The translations under genes were made by a program, and so were the position numbers. From Octopus sinensis (lineage: Eukaryota), in assembly GCF_006345805.1 (NCBI RefSeq), contig NC_042999.1, positions 119,536,001-119,600,000 on the forward strand: a DNA stretch of 64,000 bases, given 5' to 3'. Positions within the stretch are counted from its first letter, which is position 1; every line of letters starts with the position of its first letter. A model generated the notes under the pieces. That model saw nothing but the letters and a program-made list of their open reading frames with translations, was not told where the DNA came from and ran no database searches. Shown here piece by piece: positions 40,413 to 53,723 of this stretch.

Positions 40413-41091
40413 TAACACAAATATGTATGTGTATATACATATATAATACGCACATTTATTTAATACACAAGCATATGTTTGCATATATAAATATAAATTT
40501 GTGCGTATGTTTGTGTATATATGTGTGTATATAATTATACACATATACATAAAAAGAATATACAAAAATGATAAAAGAAACTTACATTAGATAAAGTGAA
40601 AATTACTGGAAAAAATTATAAAATAAACAAAGAAAATAAAAAAACAAAAATTGCATTGTGTAAATTTTCAAAGTAGGTATGGGAGAGGGTGGTGGTTGTG
40701 GTGAGAATGAGAGTAAGTTTAATGTGAGAATGGGAGCTAAGTGGAGGTGGAATAATGAGTGGTTCTGGTGGTTATGAGTGCACAATAGTGGACATATTTA
40801 TAGTGATTAAGCTTGCTAGGGTGATAAGATTAATATGTGATAGTATCAAACTTGCTGTTTGTTTTTTGCTGTTTAGTTCCAGTTTTTTAACTGGTGAAGC
40901 AGACTAGTAAGTAAACAATTTTTTTCCAGTTCTGACCATTTCTTCTTTTTTACAGTTGGTGATTATATTGGCCTTTCCTTTTCTTTGAGAATGTTAGGTA
41001 CAAACAGATTTGGTTGCTATTTCTAGCAAATTGTTGAACGTTTATGTAGAGGCTTCTTCCTTGACTCATGAAGATGGTTATCCTTGCTTAA

Positions 41092-41311
41092 CCCTTTAGC
41101 ATTTAAACCGGCCATATCCAGCAAAAAGTATTCTGCCTGTTTTATGTTCAAACTGACCATATCTGGTCTCTCTCACCAGCCCTAAAATATCGTTTTAAAA
41201 ATCAACAGCTACTTCATTAAAATCTCATAGCTACAAGATAATGCATGATTTGTTCAAAACAATGTGGATAAAAAGCATTAATTTTGGCAGAATATTGTGA
41301 ATACTAAAGAG
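41092..41311. mobile_element. piggyBac-type MITE, second family
   Basis: TTAA|ccctttagcatt...aatactaaagag|TTAA. Confidence 0.8.
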
Positions 41312-42029
41312 TTAAAGCAAGTTAGCCCTGTTCTGTGTTCACGTGTATCTCAGCCAAAACAGTTCCATCTTAGGCTCAGACATAATGCATCTAGGAAAGC
41401 ATTGTCCAATGTCCCTCTTTTCTGAGATGGTAGTGTGTGATTTGACTACTATTTCATGCAGCTTATAATAATGGTTATAGCCATTGGTGGTGGTAGAACT
41501 GAAGGCAGTAGTAATTTTTAAGATTGAGGGCGACATTTGTTGAGGTGGTGGCTGTAAGTGTAGATGTTTTTCTTTATTACCCACTGTAAGTGTAGATGAT
41601 AGTGCTGTTGTTGTTAAACAACAAGCCAGGTAAAGGTGATTAGGTGATGGTCTAGAGCTTAGGGGCAGGAGACCCCAGACCTTGGAAAAAAAAACTATGG
41701 TCGTCTTGTAGTAGAGGACTCTTTGTTGACACTCGTTACCACTGGGAGGTGGCCCTCGAAGTCGCTGGAAATGGAGATCTCCAGGTCCAAATTCTTGGAC
41801 GGCAATGATAGTGCTTGTGGTGTCTTTAATGATGGTAGTTGTGGCAATGATAAGATTAGGAGATGCTATGAATGCTGTTGCAGTTGTTGTTGCTGTAGTT
41901 GTTTCTCCCTAGGTCAGCTCTTATTGAGTAGACCAATGATCAAAGATATTCTAGCAGCAATCATCTTATTATTTTAACCCTTTAGCATTCACATTAGTCT
42001 TTCAAAAGTAATGCTTTGTAGTTGTGATG

Positions 42030-42640
42030 ATATGATGCAAGCTCCACTGGATGGGTAATGTCAGTGTGCTTGCACAATGGAGAGTAAATGAATTAAGATG
42101 AAAACTGTATATAAGAGGCATCAGATGTTGTGTGCAAGAAAGAAGATTGCACTGGTTTGGTCATGTGATGTGTATGGATGAGGACAACTGCATAAAGAAG
42201 TGCTGTGCTCTAATTGCATAGGGTACCTGTAGAAGTGGTAGACCCAAGAAGACATTGGATGAAGTGGTCAGAAAGGATCTTTGGACACTGGGCCTCATTG
42301 AGGAGATGACAAGGGACTGGGAGATTTGTCATATTTGATAAGACACATTAAGTTAAGTAAAATCTGTCTTCCACATATATAGGCTTGTCTTTTAAGGTGC
42401 CAGTTCTGTGTTAATGCACCTGTGCCAGTGTTGCGTAAATGCACCCATGCCAATGGCATGCTAAAAGCACCCAGCACACTCTGCTAAGTGGGTGGCATTA
42501 GGAAGGGCATCCAGCTGTATAAACCATGCCACATAAGACAGTTGGAGTGTGGACAGCTCTCTGTTAGCCAGCTCCATGTCAAACTGTCCAACCCATGCCA
42601 GCATGGAGACCAGACATTAAACAATGATGATGACAATGAT
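42030..42640 (+). mobile_element. RTE-type LINE 3' end (ORF2 C-terminus, 3' UTR and (TGA)n tail)
   Basis: RLHWFGHVMCMDEDNCIKKC...GTCRSGRPKKTLDEVVRKDL, then the aaaagcacccagcacactc...ggaagggcatccagctg UTR. Confidence 0.8.
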
Positions 42641-42879
42641 TGTTTGTTTCCAGAATGAGATTGTGGGGTAGGTGTGAGAGGCCAGATTTGGCTGGTTTGA
42701 ATGTAAAACAGGTAGACTAGTTTGGATGGTCATGGCTGGTTTAAATGGTAAAGGATTAAAGCTTTTTATGCATGCAATAGCTAATATTTTCAACCCATTA
42801 TCAAGATACTTGTGTATAATTTTTTTGAGGATTTGATCGATATTTCTAATAGGTTCAGTGACCACATAGACACTCTTGT

Positions 42880-43960
42880 TGGTTTGTTGTGGTCGCTGGT
42901 GAGATACTGGTATCTGTAGTTGATAGCACTGGTGTGTTGGTAATGGTAATGTTGGTAATGGTAACGTTGGTGTGTTGGTAATGGTAATGTTGGTATGTTG
43001 GTAATTGTAACGTTTGTTTGTTGGTAATGGTGAATTAGAATAGAGGATATTGTAGTATAATTGAGGCAGTTGTTTAGTCTGAGGTCAATTCTGGTCACGT
43101 AGACTTTTGATCAAAGATATTCCAGCTACAACCATCTCATCCTTTCTTCTGTATTTAATATCCACAAACACTTTATTTAATGTCTTTTTTTACCTAAGAC
43201 ATAGGGATGAGATTCAAGAGAGAAATATTGGTAGTTTATTGTAACTGGACAGATATTCATTCACAAAGCGGTTGCCTTATCAGCTGATGGCATTGGTAAC
43301 AGTAGATGGATGTTGTGAGTGTTTGTTGTAGTAAACGATAATGGTATTGAGGCTGGAGGTGATAGTGTATGATGGTGATAAGGTGATAGAGAAAGTGTTA
43401 GTTTCGATAGCTGTATTGATATTACTGTTGTGATGGTGGTGGCTATTGTCTCAAGATGGTAATAGTGATTGTGATGTGGTTTGGAATAAAGTAGCTTTAG
43501 GTGCCAATGTGGATGTTATTGGCGGTGATTGTAGTGAGTTTTATAGATAATGAAAGTACGTGTTTTTGCCTTTTGGTGCTATTTTGGTGTTGTTATTGTT
43601 GATCTTGCAACTGTGATGGTGTTGGGGTGGTAGCCATAGTAGTATTAGTAGTAGTGGTTAAAACTGTTAGCATTTGTTTAGATGATGGTGGGAAGTACAG
43701 TCTTTCTAGCATTGGCACTGATTGAGGTGGTTGTAGTAAAGAAGCAGAGAATGCCAAGAAATGATAATGGTGGTAATACAGGGACGATAAGAAAATGGTA
43801 ATAAGATTGTATAAGACTAAGCTATAGTGCATTGTACAGTTCAACATCATGGCAACAAGGTTGTAATAGTGAATGTAATGGGAGAAAGACGTGCGGGTGG
43901 TAATGGTGTTGGGTGTGTTAAAATGTAAAGAATTCTGCAATGAATATTGAAAGTGAAGTA
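42880..43960. repeat. GT-rich degenerate low-complexity / minisatellite region (tggtaa/tggtg units)
   Basis: Direct reading. Confidence 0.75.
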
Positions 43961-44756
43961 GCTATAAGAGGAAAGGAAAAACATTACAATAGGAAAATGG
44001 AGATAATAAGTGAAGTGAAAGATATCAAGAAGATTAAAAAGATATATGAATGTGTGTGGGTGTTTGTGTGTGTATATGTGTGTATGCATGTGTGTGTGTG
44101 AATGTGTATGTATATGTGTCTATGTATGTATAGGTTTGGTGATACAAACAGGAAAATACAATATAAAACACCAGGATATATAGTTTTTTTTTTATATAAT
44201 CAGCAGAAGTTACAAAGTGACTCAAGGGCGGAGAGCTTTGTGCATTGGTACTGGCCCCTGAGTCCCTTTGTAAATTTCCTGATTGCATAAAAAAATATCT
44301 ATCTATCATCTACTTATCTATTTGTCTGTCTGTCTGTCTATATGTATATGTGTGTGTATGTGTGTGTATATGTGTATGCGTGTGTGCATGTGTATATGGT
44401 TGTGTTTATATATGAATATATATGTGTGTGTGTGTTTGTGTGTGTATATATATGAATGTGTATGTGTGTGTACACATAGCATTTTCGGGGGGTGGGGAGA
44501 TAAGTTGATTACATCAACTTCAATGTTCAACTGGTACTTCTTCTATTGACCCCACAAAAGGATGAAAGACAAAGTTGACCATGATAGAATTTGAACTCAG
44601 AATGTAAAAATATATACACATATCTATATATCTATATATATGTATGTATGTGCGTACATACAAATGTATGTATATATGTGCGTATATATAAATGTATGTA
44701 TGTATGTATGTATGTATGTATGTATGTATGTATGTATGTATATATATATATAATAT

Positions 44757-44808
<52 letters not shown>

Positions 44809-45415
44809 TAGAGAGCATGAGAGAAAGAGAGAGAGAGAGAGAAACTTTTCTCGTGTCATTCCACTGAATGTCTTGTTTCCAAACTTCAGGCAAAATATGC
44901 ACATACATGCAAACACCTTCCTACACACAAGCATCCAGCAACTCAATACACACATATTTACAAATTTGCATGTGCATGTGTGTGTGTGTGTGCATGTGTG
45001 TGTCTGAGTGTGTCTGTGTGTGTGTGCATGTTTACATACGGGGATAAATATTTTGCTGTTATATCATATCAAAAGTGCTATTTGGACAAAGTAATTAGCA
45101 AATAATACTCGACTAAAAATGAAATGATTTACATTTAAAGAGATAATATATCCAATGTCACATCAAGCAGCTAATACAAAGAGACACTTGACAATAATAT
45201 TATGCCACATATTAAAAATATATAAAGAGAATAAAATATTTCCTCTCTCTATGCATATATGTGTATATGTGTGTATGCATGTATGTATATATATATATAT
45301 ATGTATGTATATATATATATATATATATATATCTGTCTGTCTGTCTGTCTGTCTATCTACACACACACACACACACACATGTATATATATATTCATATAT
45401 CTATACATACATTCA

Positions 45416-45511
<96 letters not shown>

Positions 45512-45767
45512 ATATATGCATATATACATATATATACATAAGTATGAGTTAATGACTCTCATATGAGAGGTTTTCTTTGAGCAAAAATACTAGACTGACT
45601 GACCACATATATTCAGGAAATCATTTCTCTCAGGAGCCATGTTTGTTTTTGAATATTTAAAAATAAACAATTTTATATATAATAAATAATTTTTGTACAC
45701 ATGTTTGCTGATTGGCTGCTGACAGTTCTTTTTGAACATGGATATGATGCTTATTAAGTTATATATA

Positions 45768-46563
45768 TCTACTATATATGTGGGAAATTCTGTCTGTGGG
45801 TGTGTTTGTGGAGTTGTTAGCTAACTCCTCCTATATCGTTTTATCGATTTTGTGGAAACTTGGCACATGAGTAGAATTCATGTCTGGACACCTCATAGCA
45901 TATTCAGATTGTTGAAAAAGTATATAATAGAGCCCCTGGAAGGGATCCTTATATATATCTAATATATTTCATTTTAACATTCAAAGGAAATAACCCAGTC
46001 ACCCATATTTTAAGAGCCAAGGGAAATAACCCATTAATTTTCCTAAATCATTTGGTATAAATCAAATTGAGTATGCTTATTCCTTAATATTTGAACTGTT
46101 AGAGCTGTTTTCACAATTTATCCAGTACAACCCTTAAACAAGTAAATAGTATTTTCCTAAACAATAGATCCATTTATTTTGGTTAGTGACTTAGTCACGA
46201 ATATACCAACACTAGTGCTGCTGAGGGTAATATTCTCTGGGAATGCACAAAAGCCCTTCTCAGAATTATTTACTTTGAATCATTATCTCATATCTGATTA
46301 ATCTGCTATGTAACATGCTTCACGATTTTTGTATACATGCCTCATTAGTATTTCCTGCTAAGTTCTACATACTGTGGGAATGCATTAAAGCCCTTTTCAG
46401 GGCTACTTAATTTGAATTCTTACTATCAGGTAACTAATTTCATGTTATTACATTACTGATTTCACAATTTGGGTATTCATAACTTACTGGGAATTCCTTA
46501 TTGGGAATATCTTTATTAGTCACTTTGCTCATTTTGACACATCATGCACTGGTGCATTACTTG
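45768..46563 (+). mobile_element. Non-autonomous Helitron-type element
   Basis: A|TCTACTATATAT...ctgtctgt start resembling the 21360-21958 element; ends atgcac-tg-gtgcat hairpin then CTTG|T (CTAG variant). Confidence 0.55.
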
Positions 46564-46894
46564 TCAAAAGGTACTTCATTTTGACAAGTCATCTCATGAG
46601 TCATATCTGCACCTATGGTACACCACAAATACTTGTGAAGTATAATACTCACGAGGGACTAATGCATGATTGGTTGAAACGATCATAGTGAATAATAAAG
46701 CCTCTTGTGAATTTCCTTTTCTTTCTCTCATATTTTATAAAGTCTATGGACATAAAAGAATTCCTGAAGTTAATCCAGTGACATTTAAATCGATACTATT
46801 GATGACACCAGGTAGCCAATTGCAGTATAGAAGCTTTAAATGGCATACTATAAGGTGTACACTCAAATTTTAAAATGTTACATATATGTTCATA

Positions 46895-48575
46895 TGCTGT
46901 TTCTCCCAAAATAAGTCCCACTCTTATATTAATTTTGCATCCAAAAAACGCAATAGGGCTTATTTTCAGGAGATGTCTTATATTTTTGTAGAAAAATTCT
47001 AAGAAAGGCAAAAAGTCTCATGTCCTTGTGTAAAAGGAAAAAATTGTAAAAAAGAAACCCATGCTTTTAGTTATCAAAAGTTTATTTATTTGCTTAGCGT
47101 TTTTAGTCAAGCAGAAATATTTCATCCTCTTCTGGAATATTGTTATCCTGGAATATCCTCAAACCCCCAAACTTCAGACTAAATTTCTCGCAAATTCATT
47201 TGCTGTAGAATCATGGCCCCCAATCTTCTATGTTTGGCAATATAACTTTCCTTAAATGAACACTTTTTGTGCAAGTATCTTGCTCATATGCATTGGCAAT
47301 GCAACTGTTGGTAATTTTATTCCGTGAATTCTTCATCCAATTCACAACTTCTTGGAGGTTGGGTTTGACAAAGTTTCCATGCTGATTTCTCTCCATTCTG
47401 TGTTCGATATATTCATTCACTTCCATCGGCATATAATCCTTGAAGTGCTTGTTTATTACAAGATCTAATGTTTGTAGATATGAAGTAATTCCTGAAGGAA
47501 TCATTATGTGGTCAATTCTTCTTTCAGAAAGGAAGGTTTTCATATCTTTTGTGCAACGAGTACTGGCTGAATCCCAGACAAAAAGACCTGCATGAGAAAC
47601 ATTTAAAACAAATGGCATAGTTAAATCAACCCATTTTCTTATAACAGCTTGTATGCACCAAGCCATTTCTGTTTCAAGGATATAAAAGCCCAAAACTCAT
47701 TCTATTTTCTCTTTTTACCCTTTGTGATGATAAGTGGTAGGACTTTTATTCCATCAAGATGAATTGCTAAAATAAAAGTAACTCTTGCACTTTCATAACC
47801 CATTGAGGCAACGTAGATTGCTGAGGCACCTGTCCCTTCAATTGTCGTTTTCAATCCTTGGCACATAAATATTGCAGTCTCATCAATAGCAATTATATTG
47901 GAGAGATTATATTTAGAAAGGTCAATGCCATCAATGAAGGACTTGAAGGCAAGTGAACATCGAATCACTTCAGCATCCTCCAGCTTGAACAGTGTTGTCG
48001 ATCTTCTTAGAGAGAGCTCATATCGCCAAAGTAAGTTATCCAACCAATGAGGTGATGCTTTGAATATCTCTGGGGGTATATCCTACTGTGGTGCTATTGC
48101 AAGAGCAAATTCTTGAATATCAGCCATGCATACAACCAAAGCCTTTGTACTTCTGTCAGAAATCTATCCTGAGGTGATATCTTCCAGCTCCAAAAATAAT
48201 GGTTGTCAACCTGATCCACACTTGTGCTTCTCAGCACTTTCCTCATCTACCTGTCTGCTGAAATTATCATACTCTGCTCGCCATTTTCAAACCATTCGAA
48301 GATCCGACATCTCCTTACAGAAAGCCATAAGATTCTTGTTATGTAACTCTGCCACAATTCCTTTCTTGCACTCCATGGAATAACTCTTTCTTTTTGCACT
48401 CATCTTGCCTGGGGGACAAGGGAGTCAAACCAAGGGAGTCAACTACTTTAGCCAAGGTGTGGAAGTTGGTTTATTTGTAAACATCATATGGTCTTGCTAA
48501 CAAACTGATGCATTTTTGACTAGGTCTTATTTAGGGCTTATTTTCAGAGTAGGTCTTATTTTCAGGGAAACATGG
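46895..48575 (-). mobile_element. Full-length (~1.68 kb) pogo-family DD35D transposon, broken ORF
   Basis: TIR ccatgtttccctgaaaataagacc and degenerate mate tgctgtttctcccaaaataagtcc with TA flanks; CENP-B-type FKASPHWLDNLLWRYELSLRR; AIDET, WDS-x35-D (YLQTLD). Confidence 0.9.
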
Positions 48576-48589
48576 TATATATATGTTAA

Positions 48590-49760
48590 TAACACTTATA
48601 AGGAGGTGCGTTATCCATTCGCCAAAGTGAATGGAATCTTGGCCAGGAGGAACTGATGTTGTCAGACGGTATCCAACATTCACTGGGTGTTTTGACCCTG
48701 AACCATAACACCATCCCATTGGTGGGGTCAGCAGAGGTGGCCAAGTCACTGCTCTTCATCTCTTCCTGGCTTCCAGCTTATCTCATCTCTTTTACTCCAA
48801 AGCCTCTCCTATCCTGCACACAGCCATCTTTCACTCCTTACCTCTCATTCCAATTGTTGTAAGCATCCTCCATGCTGACTGAGTAGGAAATCCCCTATAG
48901 CAAACCTTGACTGAGAAAAGCCATACCTGCAATCCTGCAGAAGTCTCTCATATCTGGCATGCTCCCATTCATGGACCTCATCACACCCCTCTTCCCATGG
49001 GACAGTTACTTCATTTATGGTAAATTTCTTGGTCTTTTCTGACCACAGGACCAAATATGGCCTCAGATTTGTATGGACAACCTGGGGAAACTGCAATCTC
49101 TCCCCTAAGTCCACTTTCATATCTCATGGTTGACATACTTGCTTACTTCACTGGTCTCTCTTCCTCATTCACAAACTTAATTGCTGTTGTTGCCTTCCCA
49201 TGGGGATGATATTTCTTGCACTTTTCCTGCTCTAGGGTGTGAGCAAGTGCTGCAAGTACTCTACCATGGCATCATTTATATCTGTGTTGAGAAAGTACTA
49301 TTCTGCATCCTGTCTATATGTGTGCTAGAGTGCCTCTTTCTCCACAAAGTCTACACAGCTGCTCTTCCCTCAAACCATTTCTGTGCCAGTCTGTGGAATC
49401 AGGAGTGTGTCATATACTGCCCAGAGCAGAAAGGAGATATGAAAAATTTCCAGCCTCCACAGATCAGTCCATGGGAGCTAGCTCTTAGGAAATTCCATTT
49501 AGTCCATACACCCTGAGATACTAAACCCACAAATCTTTATTTTTTATTTTTTCCTTCTGATGCCACACCACTTCCTGGGTCATAACCTGTGTCTCCCTGG
49601 TGTCTGCTTTCTCCCACAGTTGGAAATAGGAAGAACCAAGATCCAGGAGACCTCAGCATGTAACTCCAATGATGTTACATAGCTCCAGTATCACTTCAGC
49701 CTTTGCAAATGCAGCACTAGCTACCCACTTTCGCCCCGGCCTTGTAGTAATACCTGCATG
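48590..49760 (-). mobile_element. HERO-clade non-LTR retrotransposon, 5'-truncated (CCHC plus restriction-like endonuclease)
   Basis: TRPGRKW...WTDLWRLE...AVYDTL; CRLCGERGTLAHI*TGC...RYK*xHxRVL; VDLGERLQFP...LRPYLVLWS...EVTVPWEEGCDE; VKVCYRGF. Confidence 0.85.
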
Positions 49761-49964
49761 TCTGGCAAGCTCATCCTTACAGACTCTGTACATCATTACA
49801 ATATTACTTTTGCTACTTTAAATTCCTCCACTATACATATATATACATATATATATGTATTTATGTATGTATGTATATATATTTATGTATGTGTGTATAT
49901 ATGTATGTATGTATATTCTATCTTGGGATGGTCATTTGGCAAGAAGCGCTGTCTTTCTTTATGT

Positions 49965-50415
49965 AATAATATAATAATGAACTTATTTTATACAGTGCAC
50001 TACAATTCATCAGAAAAAATAAGCAAAACTGCATAAACAATCCATAGAATATGTGCAGGAAGTAAACAGTGAATGAGTCTTCAAAATAAAGAAAAGGTTG
50101 GAATGGGGAGAATGATGTGTACAGTTAGCAAATTTCAGGAAGCATGGATTTTCCTTATGCAGGTTCAATCTGAAGTACATCCGTCCCATAACATTTCCAA
50201 AAAATGATATATTGCTGCTGCTATTCTTGAAGTTATTGGAGTTGTTCATACACCGTTTTGTCTATTAAAATTTACATTTCCAACTTTATTTTTGTCTCTT
50301 CTATTAAACAACACTAAATGCTTAAGCATGAAGTATGCTTGATATTTTCATTGGCCATTTTTAACAGTATATGATGTATGTTTTTGTAAGTTATTCTTAT
50401 TTTTAAATCCAAGGT
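49965..50415. repeat. Diverged local duplication, copy A (of 51835-52158)
   Basis: Shared blocks caggaagc.tggatt, gcaggttcaat, acatttccaaaa, taaatgcttaagcatgaa, tttttaacag...tttttgtaagt. Confidence 0.85.
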
Positions 50416-51094
50416 TCATACTTCTTCTATTCTGTTAATGTTTTCCATGGTTTAATTCTACCTTTTACTGTCCTGGCAATAACACTATCAAACACTGGGG
50501 TTAATAAAAAGAAAATAAAGCAAGACACATCAACAAATATGACCAACATATTCATAATTGAATTTATAATATTATATAATATATACATACCATATGTGGT
50601 GACATAGTGTATATTGCATTTTAGAAGCCACAGCCTGAGTTTGGTAGAGTAATTCTTGGTAAAATTTCCTTTATACTTACCAAAACCCTGTTTGTGTAAT
50701 TAGACAGTGATCAGTAGAACATGCTGAATGGTGGGCAACCCAGCAGAATACTGATGCTTATCATTGAGCAAAATCCCCAGACTGTGTCCACCTACCCAAT
50801 GGTCTGTTGTTGTTTATCATTGTAATTCACAATACTATGCTCCTCGCTTTAACGGTCCTGCAATTTTTCATGCAACATGCCATGGTGACCACACCTGCCT
50901 CTGATAACCAAAACTAGCAACTGGTGCCTGACTATAACTGTTGCCATCCATTCTGTGTACAAAGAGTGGATGATGCTAACATACTACCGGACACGACTCA
51001 ATTGCGCAGATGGACTTTTGGTGGCATCAGTCTTTTATCAGTCATTATATCATGAATTTTTAATAAAGAATCTGTAAGACAACTAGAAATCTTT

Positions 51095-51315
51095 AATATT
51101 GGTTTCAAATTTTGGCACAAGGCCAGCAATTTTTGGGAAGGAGTAAGTTGATTACATTAACTCAAGTGCTCAACTGGTACTCATTTTATCGACCCCAAAA
51201 GAATCAACAGCAAAGTTTTATCTTGATGGCATTTGAACTCAGAACATAAAGACAGATAAAATACTGCTAAGCATTTTATCTGGTGTGCTAATGATTCTGC
51301 CAGCTTGCAGCCTTA
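51095..51315 (-). mobile_element. SINE family C
   Basis: Inverted relative to 51345-51536. Confidence 0.8.
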
Positions 51316-51344
51316 AAAAGTCTGTAATATTAAAAACTCATTTA

Positions 51345-51536
51345 AGGCAATGAGCTTGCCATTTCATCCATCATTACATTCTGAGTTCAAATTCTGCTGA
51401 GGTCGACTTTGCTTTTCATCCCTTTCAGGGTCAATAAAATAAGTACCAGTAGAGCACTGAGGTTGACGTAATTGACTTACCCTCTCCCTTGAAATTGCTG
51501 GCCTTGTGCCAAAACTTGAAACCAATATCAAAAATT
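51345..51536 (+). mobile_element. SINE family C
   Basis: ctgagttcaaattc...gtcgactttgc...taagtaccag...ggccttgtgccaaaacttgaaaccaatat. Confidence 0.8.
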
Positions 51537-51834
51537 CCTTTCCCTCATATCTAAAGGGCATGTAGTATTTAGATTCTTTGTCTTTTGACAATATTAGGTA
51601 AATAAAATGATTCAGCTATTGTAAATATTTGCAAATGCTAAGTAATGATATAAGTCTTTATAATGAGATAAGGTAAGTTAACCTTTAGAAAACAATAGCA
51701 ACAACATCTCAACTAGCAGATGGCAAGATGCATGGTAATCTTCCCTTGGTCTTTTTTCCCAAAATAATGTGTCCTCCATGCAGAAAATTATGATTATGCA
51801 ATATAATATAATATAAATATAAATATAATAATAA

Positions 51835-52158
51835 CAATAATAATAATAAGGAACTTGTATGCAATGCTCAGGAAGCTTGGATTCTCTTTAAGCAGGTTCA
51901 ATTTAAAGTACATTTGTTCCACATTTCCAAAAGATGATATGTTGTTGCTGTTGTTGTGAAAGTTACTGGTGCTGTTCACAAAACCTTTCTTTACTACTAA
52001 AATTTACATTCCCAAACTTATTTTTTTATTTCTTCTATTATACAACTTTAAATGCTTAAGCATGAAATATTTTCTGTATGTTTCATACTTTCATTGACAA
52101 TTTTTAACAGCATGTGATGTGTATTTTTGTAAGTCATTCATATTTTTAAAGACCAGGC
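51835..52158. repeat. Diverged local duplication, copy B (lacks ~135 bp present in A)
   Basis: See copy A. Confidence 0.85.
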
Positions 52159-52227
52159 CAGATTTTTCTTTTCCTGAAGTGTATATACATTTTTTGGCAC
52201 ACTACACACACACACACACACACACAC

Positions 52228-52380
52228 TTGGCGTTAGGAAGGGCATCCAGCTGTGGAAACCACGTCAAAATCAGACTGGAGCTTGGTACAGTTCTCCAGC
52301 TTACCAGTTCCTGTCAAACCATCCAACCCATGCCAGCATGGAAAATAGACGCCAGCTGATGATGATGATGGTGATGATGA
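52228..52380 (+). mobile_element. LINE 3' tail fragment
   Basis: ttggcgttaggaagggcatccagctg...aacccatgccagcatgga...(gat)n. Confidence 0.75.
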
Positions 52381-53675
52381 TGATTATATATACATACATA
52401 CATACATACTTACACTCACACAAACACACATGCGTGCACACACTCACACACATATAGTGAGCTTTCACTCAGTTTCCATTTGTCAAATTCACTCACAAGG
52501 CATTGGTCAACCTAGGGCTACAGTAGAAGTCACTTATGCAAAGATGCTGTGCAGTGGGCCTGAACCCAAAACTATGTGGCTTTGGGTTCAGTTAAGCGAG
52601 CTTTTTAACCACATAACTATGCCTGTGCCTACAGGGATAACTGCATCTATATGAAATTATTTTCTCTTGTTTTGTTTGCTTTCACACAGTGCACCGTTTA
52701 GAGGCTTCCAAAATAACATTCGTGATTTTTCTGAATTTTTATTAAGTTTACTTCGTTGATTAACATTTTTACAACTAGATTTCTAACACTGACTGTGTTA
52801 TAATTCGTTTTTAAAATATTAAAGAATTTGGATGGAAATTTAGTAAAATAATAAACCTTTTCCATTAATTGGTGTATTAATCTAATGTTTGGAACGTAAT
52901 TTAGCAAAATTTTCTGACATGAAATTATGATGGAAGGTTTTAATTTAAATATGAACACTAAAAAACAATATGAATTTTGCATTAAAGAACCAAAAATCAA
53001 CAGGTGGTCTAAGGCATGTTGGTCTTAAAAATTGAAAATGTTAAGAGCAAACAAACAATAACTAAACATTCATTAAATAAAACATAAATTTTTATTTGTC
53101 TTTCATCACTTTCTTTCACACTCTTCCTCCTGAAGTACTTTCAACACCAAAATAAATTTAAAGAAGAACAACAATATATTCAAATGCAGATAACTTTCCT
53201 TACTTCAAGGCAATCTAATTTCTATTTTGCCAACTTCCAGACACATTCATTTCATCATGCTAAATATTTTTCTACTGCAATACACATTTTTACATTTTCT
53301 TTTTTTTTTTTTCTCCCTCTGCTATATCAGAATATTTTCTGAATAACAATGAAATATTCAGTATCTGAAAATTTTTTATTATCTAACATCACATCGCACT
53401 GTTTCTGTCATTAGTTCTTTGGTTTCTTATAACATTTATTTTATTCCTTTTCCAGGAAAGTGGCATCATCCCCACACGCTGAGCAAATTATTATTTCATA
53501 TTATATATATATATATAAACACACACACACACATTTACATATGTATATATATGTATGTATGTATGTGTGTGTGTATATATATGTATGTATTAATGTATGT
53601 ATAAGTATACATATGTGTGTGTCTGTGTATTTTTAGATATATATGTGTATATATATTTATGTACATGTATGTATA

Positions 53676-53723
<48 letters not shown>

